DNA from: the human T2T-CHM13v2.0 reference genome, Homo sapiens
Strand: one strand, 5' to 3'
Length of the DNA stretch: 64,000 nt
Assembly (NCBI RefSeq): GCF_009914755.1
Contig: NC_060931.1
Part shown: positions 45,344 to 60,646 of the stretch, one piece after another
Layout of the letters: the number at the start of each line of letters is the position of its first letter
Numbering within the stretch: the first letter of the stretch is position 1
The notes under the pieces: generated by a model
What the model saw: only the letters and a program-made list of their open reading frames with translations
The model's database searches: none
Told to the model about the DNA's origin: nothing
Made by a program: the position numbers and the translations under genes

Positions 45344-45740
45344 TGTTGTTTCAGCCATGTTGAATGAATGGCCAGATAGCACACACACCCAGCCTGATGG
45401 GACAATGTTTATTGGAAGAAAACTCAGAGGCACAGAACCAGTATCAGAAGTGTGAACTCCCATGGCCTCATTGCATTTTAGAGCAGTGCACAGAGATCTA
45501 GCAGGCCTGAGTGTCAGACTCTAGGAGAAGGACTCTGTCATCAGCCTGGGGGGCCTTCAAGCTGCACCAGCTCCTCTCCCGATGTGATGGGATGGCTGGG
45601 ATACTTGGACTCCTGTCTGATTCCTTTCATTCCTGCCTTGGCTGCTTGCAGGGCTGTGGTTCAAGCCTCTGACTGACCAGAATTCATTATTACAATAAGC
45701 ACTAGCTCCCCAATTTCTATGGGAACTCTGTAGGACAACA
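45344..45740 (-). mobile_element. Probable solo ERV LTR inserted in L2
   Basis: Inverted termini tgttgt...acaaca, antisense AATAAA (tttatt at ~45408), ~400 bp; no clear TSD. Confidence 0.55.
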
Positions 45741-45843
45741 AATTATTTTCTGGGAGCCCAGTCTAAGGGAGATCAGTCTTGAGAAGGTAAGGCTTTTATG
45801 ACATAAGAAGCAGTAAAGCGGGTATGGGAAAGTTTTTCTGAAC

Positions 45844-45922
45844 TCCTTCCCTCCCTCCCTCCTTTCCTTCCTTCCTTCCTTCCTTCCTTCCTTCCTTCCT
45901 TCCTTCCTTCCTTCTTTCTTCT
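45844..45922. repeat. (CCTT)n / CT microsatellite
   Basis: Direct read. Confidence 0.96.
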
Positions 45923-47254
45923 TTGATGTGGAACATTATAGATTTTTGAATGCTAATGGGAATAATCTAGTGGAAACGAGAAAGCATTGAAAATGTGGGG
46001 GAAATAGTCATTGGAGAGATTTCTGTTGAGAAGGCAAGACGATTAAGATTTACCTAAGAGTGGAGAGCTTTGCCTCTGAGAGGAGGATGGATAGTGCATC
46101 TGTGTTTAGTGGGAAGCAGGCAGGGTTTGTAAGCACAGAAGTGCTTATGCTGTAGACAGAGATTGTGGGCATTCCCTTAGGGCTGCTTCTAATTTCTCAG
46201 TGAAATGTGAACTTGCATTGAGAGCAAGGAGAGAGTAGTTGTTGGAGTGATTATAACAGTGGGTGATTTAACAACCCTATTTTATTCAGAGAGAACAAAT
46301 GTCATTAGGTATATGCCTTATTTAAAAAAAACTGCTTTTGTTCTCTTACTGAGGACTGAATTTTGTGGATTTATGATAGGCAATTTAGGTTAAATCCAGT
46401 TAGCTTTTGGTCAAATGTTTATGTCTATGGGCCATCTTTTGTAGAAAATAAATGTCACTTTTTATGGTATTCAGTGATTTGAGCCACGTTAGATGATTCT
46501 GACAACATAACAGAGAAATGAGCAAAACGTACATGTAGTTATATGAAATGTGGGTAGAAGAATCTGTACTTATTAAGCATACAAATATGTTTAAAATTCA
46601 CAAACCTTCATGTGGCTGACAGTAGGCAAAAGCATGACATTTGAAATTGTGTCTTTATTGCCTTCTGAGGGCATGGGATGATTGGCACATCATAACCTAC
46701 TTGTAACTGTGAGACTGAACCAGTTATTTACATAAATTTATTTTTTTCATGTTTGGGGCTTAGATAATTGGATTAAATCATAGCAAAATAAATGAGGCCT
46801 GGTATACTTATGCTTCCTTCAATGGATGAGATTAGCTATTCTGGCAAAATGCATATATTTAAAAAAATGTCATTATATGTATGATTCTTTAAAAAGCAAG
46901 CAAAATATCCCTTTTTAAAATAAATAAAGTAACAGATAATAATTAGACTCCATGGCTTTTGATTTCCTCAGCTTTAATATGGAGGTCAAGTTAAGGTTGT
47001 ACTAATTGACTTCTATAGACCCTTCCAATTATAACATTTTATGATCTCTAAAAGTAGTTTCAGTGGGTGAGCTATCTGTAGTTGAGTTATTAACCTGGAC
47101 GATGCCATATACTAGTTTTCCAACATATCTTTTCCTTTTTTCCTCCAAGAAAGCATTTCCTTAGTTCTTTTTGAGATAATTATGCCTTTTTACTTCAAGT
47201 TGTTAAGGTAGCTCAAATGGAATGTGGGAGTAATTTCAAACCTCATTTTTAAAT

Positions 47255-47402
47255 GGCAGGAGTCTTGTGGAAAAATTTTCATGGAATTTATTAAAATGCA
47301 AATTTCCAGAACCCATCTCCTAAGCTTACAATTTAATGGTTTGAGACTGGGCCTGGGAGTCTGCATTTTAGTAAGCACTCAGGTGGTTCTGAGGTGGGTG
47401 GC
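47255..47402. mobile_element. MER5A-like fragment
   Basis: ttattaaaatgcaaatttccag...gggcctgggagtctgcattttagtaagcactcaggtggttctga. Confidence 0.7.
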
Positions 47403-47438
47403 CAAAAAAAAAAAAATCACACACATTAAAACCCTGTC

Positions 47439-47727
<289 letters not shown>

Positions 47728-48575
47728 CTGCCTGTCTTACTTAATATATACAATTTAGGTAGCTATGTATATATGACTGATTTAGTAATACTGGACATAA
47801 GGACCCAATTCCTATGATGTTTAGCTGAAAAATCAAAAGATGCTGAAAATTAACAAAGAAATAGAAAATAAAGGAGAGTATGGCAATCTTCCCAGCTTGC
47901 TAAACCTGGAAGAAAACTGCATTAGGAGAAGGTTGAAAGATGTTGCAATAGAAGTTGTCATATGTAAATTTTATTCAAATATAATATATAGCCTTTGGCG
48001 TGAGTTGGGAGGCACCGAAATACTGACCTCCAGAAAGTGACACATCATATCATGATGTTAAAAAAAAAACAGCTCAGCTTTGTCTTCTGTTAGTGCCTCC
48101 AGACCCACACAAGACAACAGCTACTGAAAATATGGATCTTAAATTTGTAAAATAATAAAGTTCTGTATCTCCATCCTGAAATCTATGTTGAATCCAGAAA
48201 ACTATCAGTTGAAAGTTATTGGAAATTAAGAATCCTGTTGAATGATGCTGCTAAGTTGCCTCCCTCCCTCCTTCCCTTCCCAACTCCCTTCCTTCTTCCA
48301 TCTCTCCTTCTCTCTCTGTTTGTCCTGGTAGTGTTTTTTTCACATTTAGATCTTGTGTATGTATTCTACAGTTAAGAGGAAAGCCTTATCCATTTTTTTG
48401 TCTTCAAAAAGTTGCTTTTATATTTTTTTAAATTACAACTTCCATAAAGGTAAGAGCTATGACAAATACTGTAGTTATCTTATAAATCCTTACTATTTCC
48501 TACTGTAATGGGCAATATTAGAATTGCAACCAATATTTTAATGAGCTTTCTGCTGTTTCTTTCTATTTCTCTCTC

Positions 48576-48862
<287 letters not shown>

Positions 48863-48990
48863 TATTTCTTTTCTTTCTTTCTTTTTTTTTTTAAGACTAT
48901 TTCCTGTCTTTATTTTTGTTTGTAAACTAAAAAGTTAAGTCTGAGACTTGAACCTTTTGATAGTGAGGAAGATAACAAAGTATGTCCTTG

Positions 48991-49087
48991 TATTTATTTA
49001 TTCATTTATTTATTTTTAAATTATACTTTAAGTTCTGGGGAACATGTGCAGAACCTGCAGGTTTGTTACAGGTATACATGTGCCGTG
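48991..49087 (-). mobile_element. Very short L1PA 3' end (~70 bp plus decayed tail)
   Basis: ttatactttaagttctggggaacatgtgcagaacctgcaggtttgttacaggtatacatgtgcc. Confidence 0.9.
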
Positions 49088-49089
49088 TT

Positions 49090-49271
49090 TTGAATCTCAA
49101 AGAACTAGTAGGATTCTACCCTAGCAAGAGAATGAGAAACACACTTCAAGCAAAAGAAACAGCAGAGGCATGTGTGACGGTTTGATGGATGCCTCTGCTG
49201 TTTCTTTTGCTTGAAGTGTGTTTCTCATTCTCTTGCTAGGGGTAGAATCCTACTAATTCTTTGAGATTCAA
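49090..49271. repeat. Inverted repeat: 82/83-bp arms, 17-nt spacer
   Basis: 49090-49171 is the reverse complement of 49189-49271 with 1 substitution and one 1-bp indel. Confidence 0.97.
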
Positions 49272-49396
49272 TGAAACCCTTACTTCTTAAGGATCACTAC
49301 CCTGCAGCCTCCCAATTCCCCTAAATTAATTGCCTTGTCCTCTGAGTTTTAATAATAGTTTTACCATACTACTTATCAGCTTATGAGCTCCTTAAA

Positions 49397-49513
49397 TAGG
49401 ATGACCATATAACTTAATTTGTTTGAGTTACTTTTCCTGGCATAAGTATTAGCAGACCACCCTTTCACTCTGTAAAGTGTTACAGTTTGGACAGTAGATG
49501 ATGTGTCCGTCTA
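49397..49513 (-). mobile_element. MER94-like hAT-Blackjack MITE inside an L2 fragment
   Basis: taggatgaccatat terminus and ccctttcactct...aaagtg...gtttggac core. Confidence 0.7.
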
Positions 49514-50189
49514 TTATGTCTTTTTATCTCTAGTGTTTAACCTATTACCTGATAAATGTTTAATCAAATTTTGTCAATGAGTTGTAATTGAATTTATTAT
49601 ATGGTGGCTGGAAGGACTATTAAAGTTCGGCAGAGGCCTTTGGGTATTTTATAGATATTATTATTTATAGGTATTAATGTTTTAAGAGAGCCACACTGGG
49701 ACCCCACAAAGCTATTAGTGACTCTGAAAAAGGCAGAGAGACATAACCTTGCCCAGCCTTTGAGGATATGGCTGTAACCTAGAGCCCATTGGTTTCTAAA
49801 TGCTGATCCAGAAAATGTCCAAAGGAAAGTAAAAATCCTTGAAGATCTGTTTATTGTTTCACGGCAAAAAAGAAAAAAATAAGGTGCAGGTAGTGAGTTA
49901 CAACTAAATTTATTATATTTATTGGATTGTTCTTTATTTTAAGATTATAGACTATTGTTTGTATGTTAGAATTTTCTTTCTTTTCTTAATTGATGGTAAT
50001 TACTTAAAACACTCTTTCCTTGTCAAAATAAGAACTTGTCAAACCCAAAGTCTGGCAAACATTGGCTAAGAAAATGCGCTGGAGATGGAGAGTGCTACCT
50101 GGACTCATAAGGTAAGAATAATGGAAGGACTCAAATCTGTCAATTATAGAAAGATCAGTCCTCTTTCCTATCCCCTTCTGGGAAACTCC

Positions 50190-50295
50190 CATTTGAGAGG
50201 GATAGTGTCTGTTTTGTCCACTGCTTTATTCCCAGGACTTACATAGTGCCTAGCACAATGTATTTAATAATTATTTGTTATATAAATGAATGCAT
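50190..50295 (+). mobile_element. L2 3' end
   Basis: tgtctgttttgtccactgctttattccca...agtgcctagcaca...aatgaatg. Confidence 0.7.
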
Positions 50296-50499
50296 AGACT
50301 CTATGAGTAAAATCATCTGCTAAGAACATCTGAAGTGGCCCAGCCTGTCAAACAGTTCAGCCACTGTGCCTGGTTGGATGTCCAGGCTTCACTGTGAGCA
50401 GGTATCAGTTACTACTCCTAGTTCTTATTTTGGTTAAAATTTTGGCTAAGCATTCAATGTTTCTTTGTGTGGGTTGTTGCAATGGTTTCTGTTTTTCAA

Positions 50500-51590
<1,091 letters not shown>

Positions 51591-52269
51591 GGTCTGTTAA
51601 CTGGCCTGCTTGTCTCCAGGACCACTCTCATTCAATCAATCCTCTTCACTGTAGCTAGAGTACTTTTTCTTACCTGCATATCTGACCATGGCAAATTTAT
51701 CCATGACTCTCTTTGTTTCTTGCTTTAAATTCTAAACTTCTTAACATGCTTCCTTCATAGGACTCATTTCTATCCATTCTCTTTGTATTCTAGTTGTAAA
51801 TATCTGCTCTTCTTTATACTTACTGTCTTACCTGTTCTGTCATTCAAGTCCCTACAACTTTGTACTGGTGACTTTTTCAGTATGGATTACCTTAATTCTG
51901 TGTTTCCCAGATTTTGTGTATTACTTTTGTACCTTTTCCCTCATTCTTCATTTCCCATCTATAGATTACTTTTCTGTAACTTTTTCCTTTGGTAAATTGT
52001 AAACAGTTTACTTTTTAAAACTTATTCTCATTCTTAGCAAAAATATCCATGAAAAAAGGGATTTAATAAGCTGGTCATATTCTTCTTCACACATCTTAAA
52101 TGAATTCATATTAAATAAAAAGTCTATCTATATATTACCAGAAATTCATCTCTGCCAGTGCTGTATGTGCCACACTTTGTAAAAAGACTATGCTAATTTA
52201 CCCTCCCAGTCTACCTGATCATCTTTAACTCATCTTTAGGATGAGCTCATCCACTGGTATTAAATAGTG

Positions 52270-52460
52270 TAGTGAATCATGGTGTTAGCTCTGGAATTAG
52301 ATGAGTGGTCCAAAGCCTATTCTGTCATTCCCTAATTGGGTAAACATGGACTGTTCCTTAACCTCAATAAACTCTGTTTTCTCTTTTGCAAAATGAATTA
52401 ATAATTCCTACTTGAAAGACTTGTTGTGAGAAGTTAGAGGATAATGTATGCAGAGCTCAA
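52270..52460 (+). mobile_element. MIR
   Basis: cttaacctc...tgttttctcttttgcaaaatg...ttgttgtgagaagttagaggataatgtatg core. Confidence 0.7.
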
Positions 52461-55400
52461 TATTTTCTAACTATTCTAGCTTTCCTTTTGCTGTCTATAT
52501 CATTAAAAGATGATCAACATTTGCTTCAGTGAATTCATTCAAAGTTCTTCCATTATGAAATTGATGAACAAAACAGTAAAGTAGAATCAATATAAGATAT
52601 GCTTTTATAGTTGTTCTAACATAAGGCATGTATTGCAATCTTTTTAATTTCAGAGCCAAATGGGATGTAAAGTTGACCCTGAGGATATTTTTCCTATCTG
52701 TTTTAGTCAAATTCTGTAAGATTAGGTAATGTATCTCTAATGCAATAGAGGCAGATGGATGTGAAGCCAAGTGTCAACAGCTGCCTCTTTGGGATCCCAG
52801 TGGCTTCAAAGACAGCTAGATAAGATTGAATATTTATTTCAGTTTCTAGAATTAGAGAACATGAGAACAGTTTTAGGAATTGCTTATATCTCTCAGCCTT
52901 GTTCCTTTCCAAGTCTCTTGCGTCCAAGTTAGATTTTTCTCTATTCTCTATTGTATTTGCTGGTTCCCTTGACAGCCCTTTGTGCTTAAAACTGTCCCCT
53001 TTCTTTACTCTTTTGTCCTCAAAATGCGGTTTTTTTCATTTACCATTTTTGCACAAATTCCCTGTGCAAAGAAACTGAAGGAAAAGGAAGAAAAAAAATG
53101 AAAATATAAGAGGAATAAAAAAGAAGAAAAATCAAGAGATGGTTGAAAGCCTGTTTTTCTGTAACTCTGACATTTAACTGAAGCATTGGCTTTCTTGTTA
53201 TATGTAAATGACTTTGTTTGTATTTCTTAGATAGTAAGCCCCTTGGGCAGAACCCATACCTCTGCCTTCCCTGTATGGTGTGAACATTCCATAAGCAGTG
53301 ATACCATATTATTATCTTCAAACTGAAAGACTCTCTTTGTAATATAAGAGACAGGCAATCAGAAGAATGCTATTTTTTTTCTACCAGATCCATTTTGGTC
53401 TTACATATTGAATAGAAACAAGATTTATAAGTTATTATTTCCATATTAATAAAATAGAAGGGTAGGCATGATTTTCTTTTGAAATGTTCCTTTTTATCTG
53501 AAGTCAATTTAAAAAATTAATATTTTTTCCTTAGTAGTTGCTTAATGTATAATATTTATGTATCCAAGACCTTTACCTTACAACTTTATGGACTTCTAAC
53601 ATTTAACCTATGTGAACATGACATTTAAGATGAAGTAGGTGGTGTGGCAGTGACACCTGAAAAACCAGGAGTGTACTATTTTTCATTTCTCTAGCTCCAA
53701 GTTCTTATGATCCCTTCAGAGACATTAGACCTTTTGATTCTAATACAATATTTTGTATTTAAAGACTAATTAGGCTATTTGTCAAGAATGCTCATTAAAT
53801 GAAAGGTCATATCTTTGGGCAGAAAATATGAATTATGAATAATACAAGTGAGTTTACTAGAGAATTCAAATTATATTTCAAAAGAAGTTCACAGCTTACT
53901 TTGGTAAATGAGTTCTTAGTGCTTTTAGTTAATAAATTCTGGCAAAATAATGATTACTTGAATGCAAAAAAGAGTCAGATCATAGTTCTTTTTGTATTGA
54001 TTCATTTCTGCATAATTTCTACCAAAAGTTGTGTGTGAAACAAAACTTTATTTTTATGTTGTCATAGAAAAATTTAGTAACAATTGTTATTTAAAACAAT
54101 CTCCTTGAGCAGCAGAAGAGATTTAATTATATGTCTCTATAAGAACCATAACCCAATTTTATAAAATAAAATTAAAGCATTTTCAGAGTTGCTGCAAAAG
54201 GAAGCATCTTCAAGCAAAGAATATGTGAATTATGTAATGGGATGTGGGGTACCTTGGGGAAAACAGATTGCCAAAGATTTCCAATTATTAATTTTAATTA
54301 AAAGGAGTAAAATATAATGTAGCTATAATTCTTGGGAGGGAGAAAGAAGGATTAAATGTTAATCCTCACCTGCATGTTATTTTCCCATTTTAAATAGTGA
54401 ATGTACTGTTCTGAATCCCTTTGATTAGCACGGGCTTACTCTACAGAGACCTGGAACCCTGGCTGGGGAGGGGTTTGGTTATTCTGAGATATACTCAAGA
54501 ACATGGTCAGTTCTGTTAGACCAGTTCTAGCTTAGGATGGGATCTGGGCTGCATGGCAGCTAAGGTTCTTCTGGCAGCAGATATAAGCTGTAACTGAAAT
54601 GTTCTTGTAGCAGAGCTGAAAAGAGCCTTCTGAGCAGATATCGTTAAGATTTATAAAGACTCTAGATTAGCAGCTGCCATAAGTGGCTGAGAGGTAATAC
54701 TGAAAACTGACAGAGAATCAGCATTTAGAGATTCAAAAAGCCCTGGGTTGGTAGGTCAGAGAATGGCTCAATTGAGAAGCATTTTGAAGTCCAGGATGGC
54801 TCAGAGTAATTGATTAGGACCTTTAACTCCATGCCAAATTGTTGCTTCACTTAGCAGATATTTCCTCAACAAACATGCAAACAAGTCTTAATATATCAGG
54901 ACAGTAGGGTTTCTTTCAAGTGGGTGTCAAAACCAAGTCTTGGAAGGAAAGACGAGTAAGAAGAGCTGCTACATAAGAAAGGTTAAGTGACACTACTTCA
55001 CAGAACACAGAACAGGACAATAAAGAAACCTCGAACTGTTGCCTTGTACAGTTCTCTGCTTCAGTCCTGATAACTGGTTTGGCTCTAACTCCTTTAGTAT
55101 TATAGAACACTGCAAGCATTAATTGCTCAACATGAAAAATCATTTTCACATTATGCAATATGTATAACATTTAAAATCAGCTGTAAGGCTGATCTTTCTG
55201 CCCCTCCAAATACACAGTTGCGGGGAAAGTACCAGCTCTTTGATGCTTTCTGATGTGAGGAATGACCTAATTGATGAAGACGATGAGTTATTTTAGATTT
55301 TCAACTGAAGGATCTTTCCACAGGGTAACCAGAAGGGCCGCCAATTATATTTCAGCTTTTTCCTCTAAGTCACTTTGTAAGATTACATCTCTCACAGATG

Positions 55401-56665
55401 AAATGATAAAATTAATGAGGGCGTATAATAATGTTTGGATATAATAAATGATACCAAATGGAATTTCTGTCATGCAGTCCAGTAGATCTGTGGTTGACCA
55501 TTATTCTCTAGTGAAAGCTTTGAAAGCACAAATAAAGTCATAATAAAGTACCCTATGAGATGTGAGAAAACCTTGGCTTAAATTTACCTTCCATCTCAGA
55601 ATTAATCATGTGTTAGCTGAGGCAAGAGTGTGGAGCAAAACAAAACTCATGAGTTCTCTCCTTTTAGTTTGGCTACTTGTTTGAAAAGTGTAGTAGGGAG
55701 ATTAATTTTATTAAGTAATATTGATGAAGTTCTTAATATATGGAAGGAACAATAGGGAACAAAAAGGGTTAAAGCATTGCATCTCTGTTAAAGAATTTAC
55801 CGTGTTCTGGGAGAGATAAAAATCTAAACAAAAGTGACTATTAAGATACGAAGGGTTGTAATAAGTGAAATCTCAGTAAATAAGACTGGGAGACCTGGAG
55901 GTCATTACAATGATATTAAGAAGAGCAGAGAAGAAAATACACCCCTTTCTAAAGACTTGGTGCTTGCTACTACTCCTTATAAATTTTTTACTAAATATAT
56001 AATGTTGGTGTCTTAGTGTGAAATCTCTGTAGGCTTCTCTCATTTACCCTCCATCTTTAATCCTTCCCCAAACTAGGGAATGATAATTTAGTTGCTAAAA
56101 TTCAGGGCATTGATTAGGCAGTATTTGCTAGTGTGCAAATTGGACACTGCACATTGAAAATTACATACATACATTTTGTGCGTTTTCTTCTTCTTGCCCA
56201 ATGCAGCTGAAGCGATAAGCTGATCCAGGGTGCACTATCAGAATAATCCTGGCCAGATTTCATCATATATTTTCTTTCTCCTTCTTCTTTGTCAAAGAGC
56301 TTTGTCCAGATTTCTGGGAGTAAAGTTACCCATCTGTTTTCTGCTCTCTGATGTTCCGGCCATATCTGGACTTAAAGCTTTGGCCCTGTTTTATCTAGGC
56401 AACCTTGACATTAACCTTGGAAGAAAATTCCTTTTGCTTCATCTACTGCAGGATTTTGGAATGTGTGTTGGATATGACTTTCAGCATACTGCAGTGGTAA
56501 AGTCCTATACTGGGTCTGGAGGTGGTGGAAAAACACAGACATTACATATTTTTAATATGGTTAGTATGGCATGTTTACTAGTGTAGCTTTCTGTGATAGA
56601 GTGGGAACACCTACATGGAGACTTATGTTTGGGAAGTGATGTGCCTCATAGCAAGATGAAACATC

Positions 56666-56998
56666 TGTCTGTTTTGTGTGGCCGTCACAAAATAATCAAA
56701 GACTAAGTAATTTATAAAGAACAAAAATTTATTTCTCATAGTTAATGGAGGCTGAGAAGTCCAAGACGAAAGTGCTGGCATCTCATGAGGGTCTTCTTCC
56801 TGTGTCCCCACAGGGCATAAGAGTGTAAGACTATGAACTCATTTCTGCAAGCCCTTTATACAATGATGTTAATTCATTCATGAGAGTGGGGACCTCGTGA
56901 CCTAAACACCTCCCATTAGATTCTACCTCCCAACACTGTTGCACTGTGCATTGAGTTTCTAACACATAAATTTTGGGGGGCACATTCAAACCATAACA
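56666..56998. mobile_element. MST (MSTC/D-like) MaLR solo LTR
   Basis: gtaatttataaagaacaaaaatttatttctcatagt...ggaggctgagaagtccaaga...ggggggcacattcaaaccataaca. Confidence 0.87.
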
Positions 56999-57249
56999 TG
57001 GAGTTTTCTGCATTGAGAAATGAAGGATCCATTTAATACAGGGACCTCAAAATACAAAGAGAAAACTGACTGGCTGTATGGAGCTAGACGAAGAGGAGTA
57101 AGAAACTACTATTTGCAAGGCTGTGTAATTCCAAGGACTGTTATTCTTGGATGCTATGATGTTTTTAAAGAACAAACTACTATACATTTGTAAGTTATTA
57201 AATTATTAATATTATTTGAGAATTTCAAATGGCTTAACTAATCAATGTG

Positions 57250-57462
57250 ACATAGTGGGAAAATTGGGCCTTTAATTGAAGACACAATTTGCTGATTACC
57301 ACTTGGTAACTTAGCCCTTGCTTCTCTAACCCTTAGTTCATCTTGTAAAATGCATTAGTTCTACTCCATAGGGGTATTGTGAGATTTAAACGCAGTGCAG
57401 CATATTAAGCACCCAGTGTAGTCCCTGATACATAGTGAAACATCAATAATAAATTGTTGCTA
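57250..57462 (+). mobile_element. MIR
   Basis: catcttgtaaaatg...ggtattgtgagatttaaa...catagtgaaacatcaataataaattgttgctact. Confidence 0.72.
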
Positions 57463-60400
57463 CTGGTAGAAATCCCTTGGCGTTTGGTAGATTTCCAATA
57501 AATACTAATTCTTCTAAAACTTTTAATGATTATGTAGATAGATATATGCCTAGATCTGGTAACAAATATGCTATATCAATAGTCAAAACATTCTCTCTTA
57601 ATTTTATTATGATATATATTGGAAATCTTAGTGTGGTTTTGATTATACTAACATAATTATGTGGCATTAGTATGCCAAATGTACTCACAGTTATGCCAAA
57701 ATTACCTGCCCCAAATTACAGCTAATCCTTTCTTTGGTCCTAGGAGAGATACGCACACTAGGGATATCACCATAAAAGTGAAGAAACACTTTATTACTGG
57801 CTGGGCTTGTTTCTGAAATTCTAACACAGAGTTCTTATAACATGGACTTTTCCTTGCCTCCTAGTTCAAGCTTGAGGGCTTACTGTGCTCTTGCAGGGAA
57901 AGATAAAAGAAAGTGTCAGAGTGAAAGAATGGTCAAATGTATGAACTCTTCTTTTATTTATTAATTTAAATACAGTGACTCTGTTCACTAGTAAACACAC
58001 CTAACCCCTGCCTTAGAGTCAGATTAACATCTTCTTTGAGGACAGCCCAAAGAAGAAAAATGCAAGGATGAAGCCTAGAGAGGTTTCCATCTCGTATACT
58101 TATATTCCACTATCTTTGGTTCTTTCTTTCAACCATTAGACTTAAACCCAACTGTATAATTAATCAAACATGTGGATATTTCCTTGGAGGAAGAAATAGA
58201 GAAGTGTCAGGGAAGTTCGACCGCCACCTAAGTGTGTCTGCTTTTTTAATGCTGCCTTATGGTCTAAAGAGATGGGTGAAAAGCAGAGTATTCATTTCAA
58301 GGCCATACTATATTATATGCCATCTATTCACTCCAGGCTGCTTGTTGTCAAGGAAGAATAAAAACCTTGATATCAAAGAGAATTAAGCTCTCAAAATTAG
58401 TTTCTCTTTCACATACCAAAGTAACCTTGAGCTTTCTAGCCTGCAAATTTCTCTCCCTTAATATTCTTTCTCTGTTCCGTTCCACTGAAAGTGATGTCAC
58501 AGTGGTGTAGTTAGAGTCTGGGTTACTCTTTCCTGCAGAACTGTTCTTCAGTACCTCTAGATAGAAAATAGTCCAACATCAAGTCTTGCATGAGTTTTCC
58601 TTTACCAAAGATCTAGTAGTCTAGAAGATATTTAAAAATCACATTATTGAGCCCACATCTGCAAAAAGGAGAAGTATATACAATATTCTTAGGACTCAAT
58701 ACATATTACTTGTGTGCTTGTCTTTGCATGGACATGTATGTGTTTTAATTTCTCTTGCGTAAACACTTAGGGTTGGCATTGCTGACCCACATGGTAAGTG
58801 TATGTTTAACTTTATAAGCATCTGACAGTTTTCCAAAGTGACTGTACCATATTAAATTTCCATTAGCACTGTTTATGATTTCCAGTTGCTCTGTATCCTT
58901 TCCAGCAAGTGGTATTGTCAGTTTGTTTAATTTTAGCCATGATAGTTAAGTGTAGAATGATATCAAATTATGGTTTTAATTTGCATTTCACCAAAGAATA
59001 ATAATATATTTGCATGTACTTATTTGTCATCAATATTTCTTCTTTGGTGAACAGTTAAAATGTTTTGTGCATTTTTATTGGGTTGTCTTCTTATTAATAA
59101 GTTGTCAGAATCTTCAGTCTGAATACCTGTTATACATTTTGCATTATTTTATCTCAGTGTGTGACTTGCCTTTTAATTTTATTAATATAATTTTTCAAAG
59201 AGCAGAAGTTTTAAAATTTTGATTGTCTCCATTATCTATTTTTTTATGGGTTGTGCTTTTGATGTTTTACCTAAGAAATCTTTGCCTAACCTAAAGCCCC
59301 AAAGATCTTCTTCAATATTTTCTTTTAAAATATTTTTAGTTTTAGGTTTCACATTTAGGTATATGATCCATTTTAATTTTTACATATGGTACAAGGTAAT
59401 GGTCAAGAACCATTTTTCCTTTCCTTTTCCTTTTTCTTTTCTTTCTTTCTTTCTTTCTTTTTTTTTTTGCATATAGATGTTCCAGTGATATTGCTTAGAA
59501 GGTAATTCTTTCCTTATTTATGTATCTCTTTAGCAATTTTATCAAAAATAAATTGAGCGCATACCTGTGGGTCTGTTTTTGAATTCTCTATTCTTTTCCA
59601 TTGATCTATATGTATGTGTCCTTAGACCAATAATTACTTTAGCTTTAGACTAATCTTTAAATTAGGAAGTGTTAGTCTTCTGACACTGTTCTTTTAAAAA
59701 TTGTTTTGGTTTGCATTTCTATATAAATTTTATAATCAGTTTGTTAATTTCTAAAAAACATTCTGTTGAATCTATATATCAATTTGGACCTGACATTTTA
59801 ATGATAATAAGTTTTCCAACCCATAAATATAACTATTAGTTTTGGTTTTCTTTAATTTCTCTCATCAATATTTTCTAGTTTCCAGTATATACAGTGTACT
59901 CATATTTCATTAAATTTATTTCTAAGTCAGCACCCTTTTAGTTTTCTGAATGTCATGAATAGATACTAAATTATGGTAAATGCCTTGTCTGGGACATCTA
60001 TTGAGATGATCATATGGTTTTCCCTTTTGTAGACTGCTGACATAAAGAATTAAATGGACTGATTTTTAAATGTTGAATAATCATTGCATTACTGAGGTCA
60101 GGCCCACTCTTCAAAATATATTAAATTTTATTTGCTAATATTTTTGTATGGATTTTTACATCTGTGTCTATGAATAGTTTATTTTCCTCTAATATCTCTG
60201 TCTGGTTTCTGTATCAGGGTAATATCAGCCTCATAAAATGAGTTGAGAAGTATTCCCTTTGCTATGTCTCCTGGAAGATTTAAGGAAATTGGTATTATTT
60301 ATTTATTTTTTATTTAATAGAATTGAACAGTGAAGCTATATGGGCTGAGTTTTCCTTATGGAAAGATTTTTAGACTACAATTTAAATTTATTGTATAAAC

Positions 60401-60646
60401 ATTGGGATATTCAGTTTATCTATTCCTTCCTGAGTGATGATTGGTCGTTTGTACCTTTCAAGGAATTTTGCTATTTTATTTATCAAAATTATTGGGATTA
60501 TGTTGTTCATAATAATTTCTTTATATGCCTTTAACTATGTAATATGCAGTGATGTCCCCTCTTCCTATAAAATATTAGTAGTTTTCATTTTGATTAACAA
60601 TTCTAGAAGTTGATCAGTTTTGTCAATCTTTAAAAATAACCAACCG

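Larger units (their letters stand above)
43963..46250 (-). mobile_element. Long L2 (L2a-like) segment, interrupted by an LTR and a microsatellite
   Basis: ttcattcattcaacaaatatataatgagcacctatg antisense tail followed by colinear L2 body. Confidence 0.8.

Noticed and set aside
48251-48265. ctaagttgcctccct resembling the start of the 30034 filler
   Set aside because: Needs an indel, runs into low-complexity ccct repeats and is 18 kb away; likely coincidence.
56230-56586. 118-aa ORF with GSGGGGKT resembling a P-loop
   Set aside because: Non-ATG start, no NTPase context or homology recognised; the motif arises from a short ggt/gga run.
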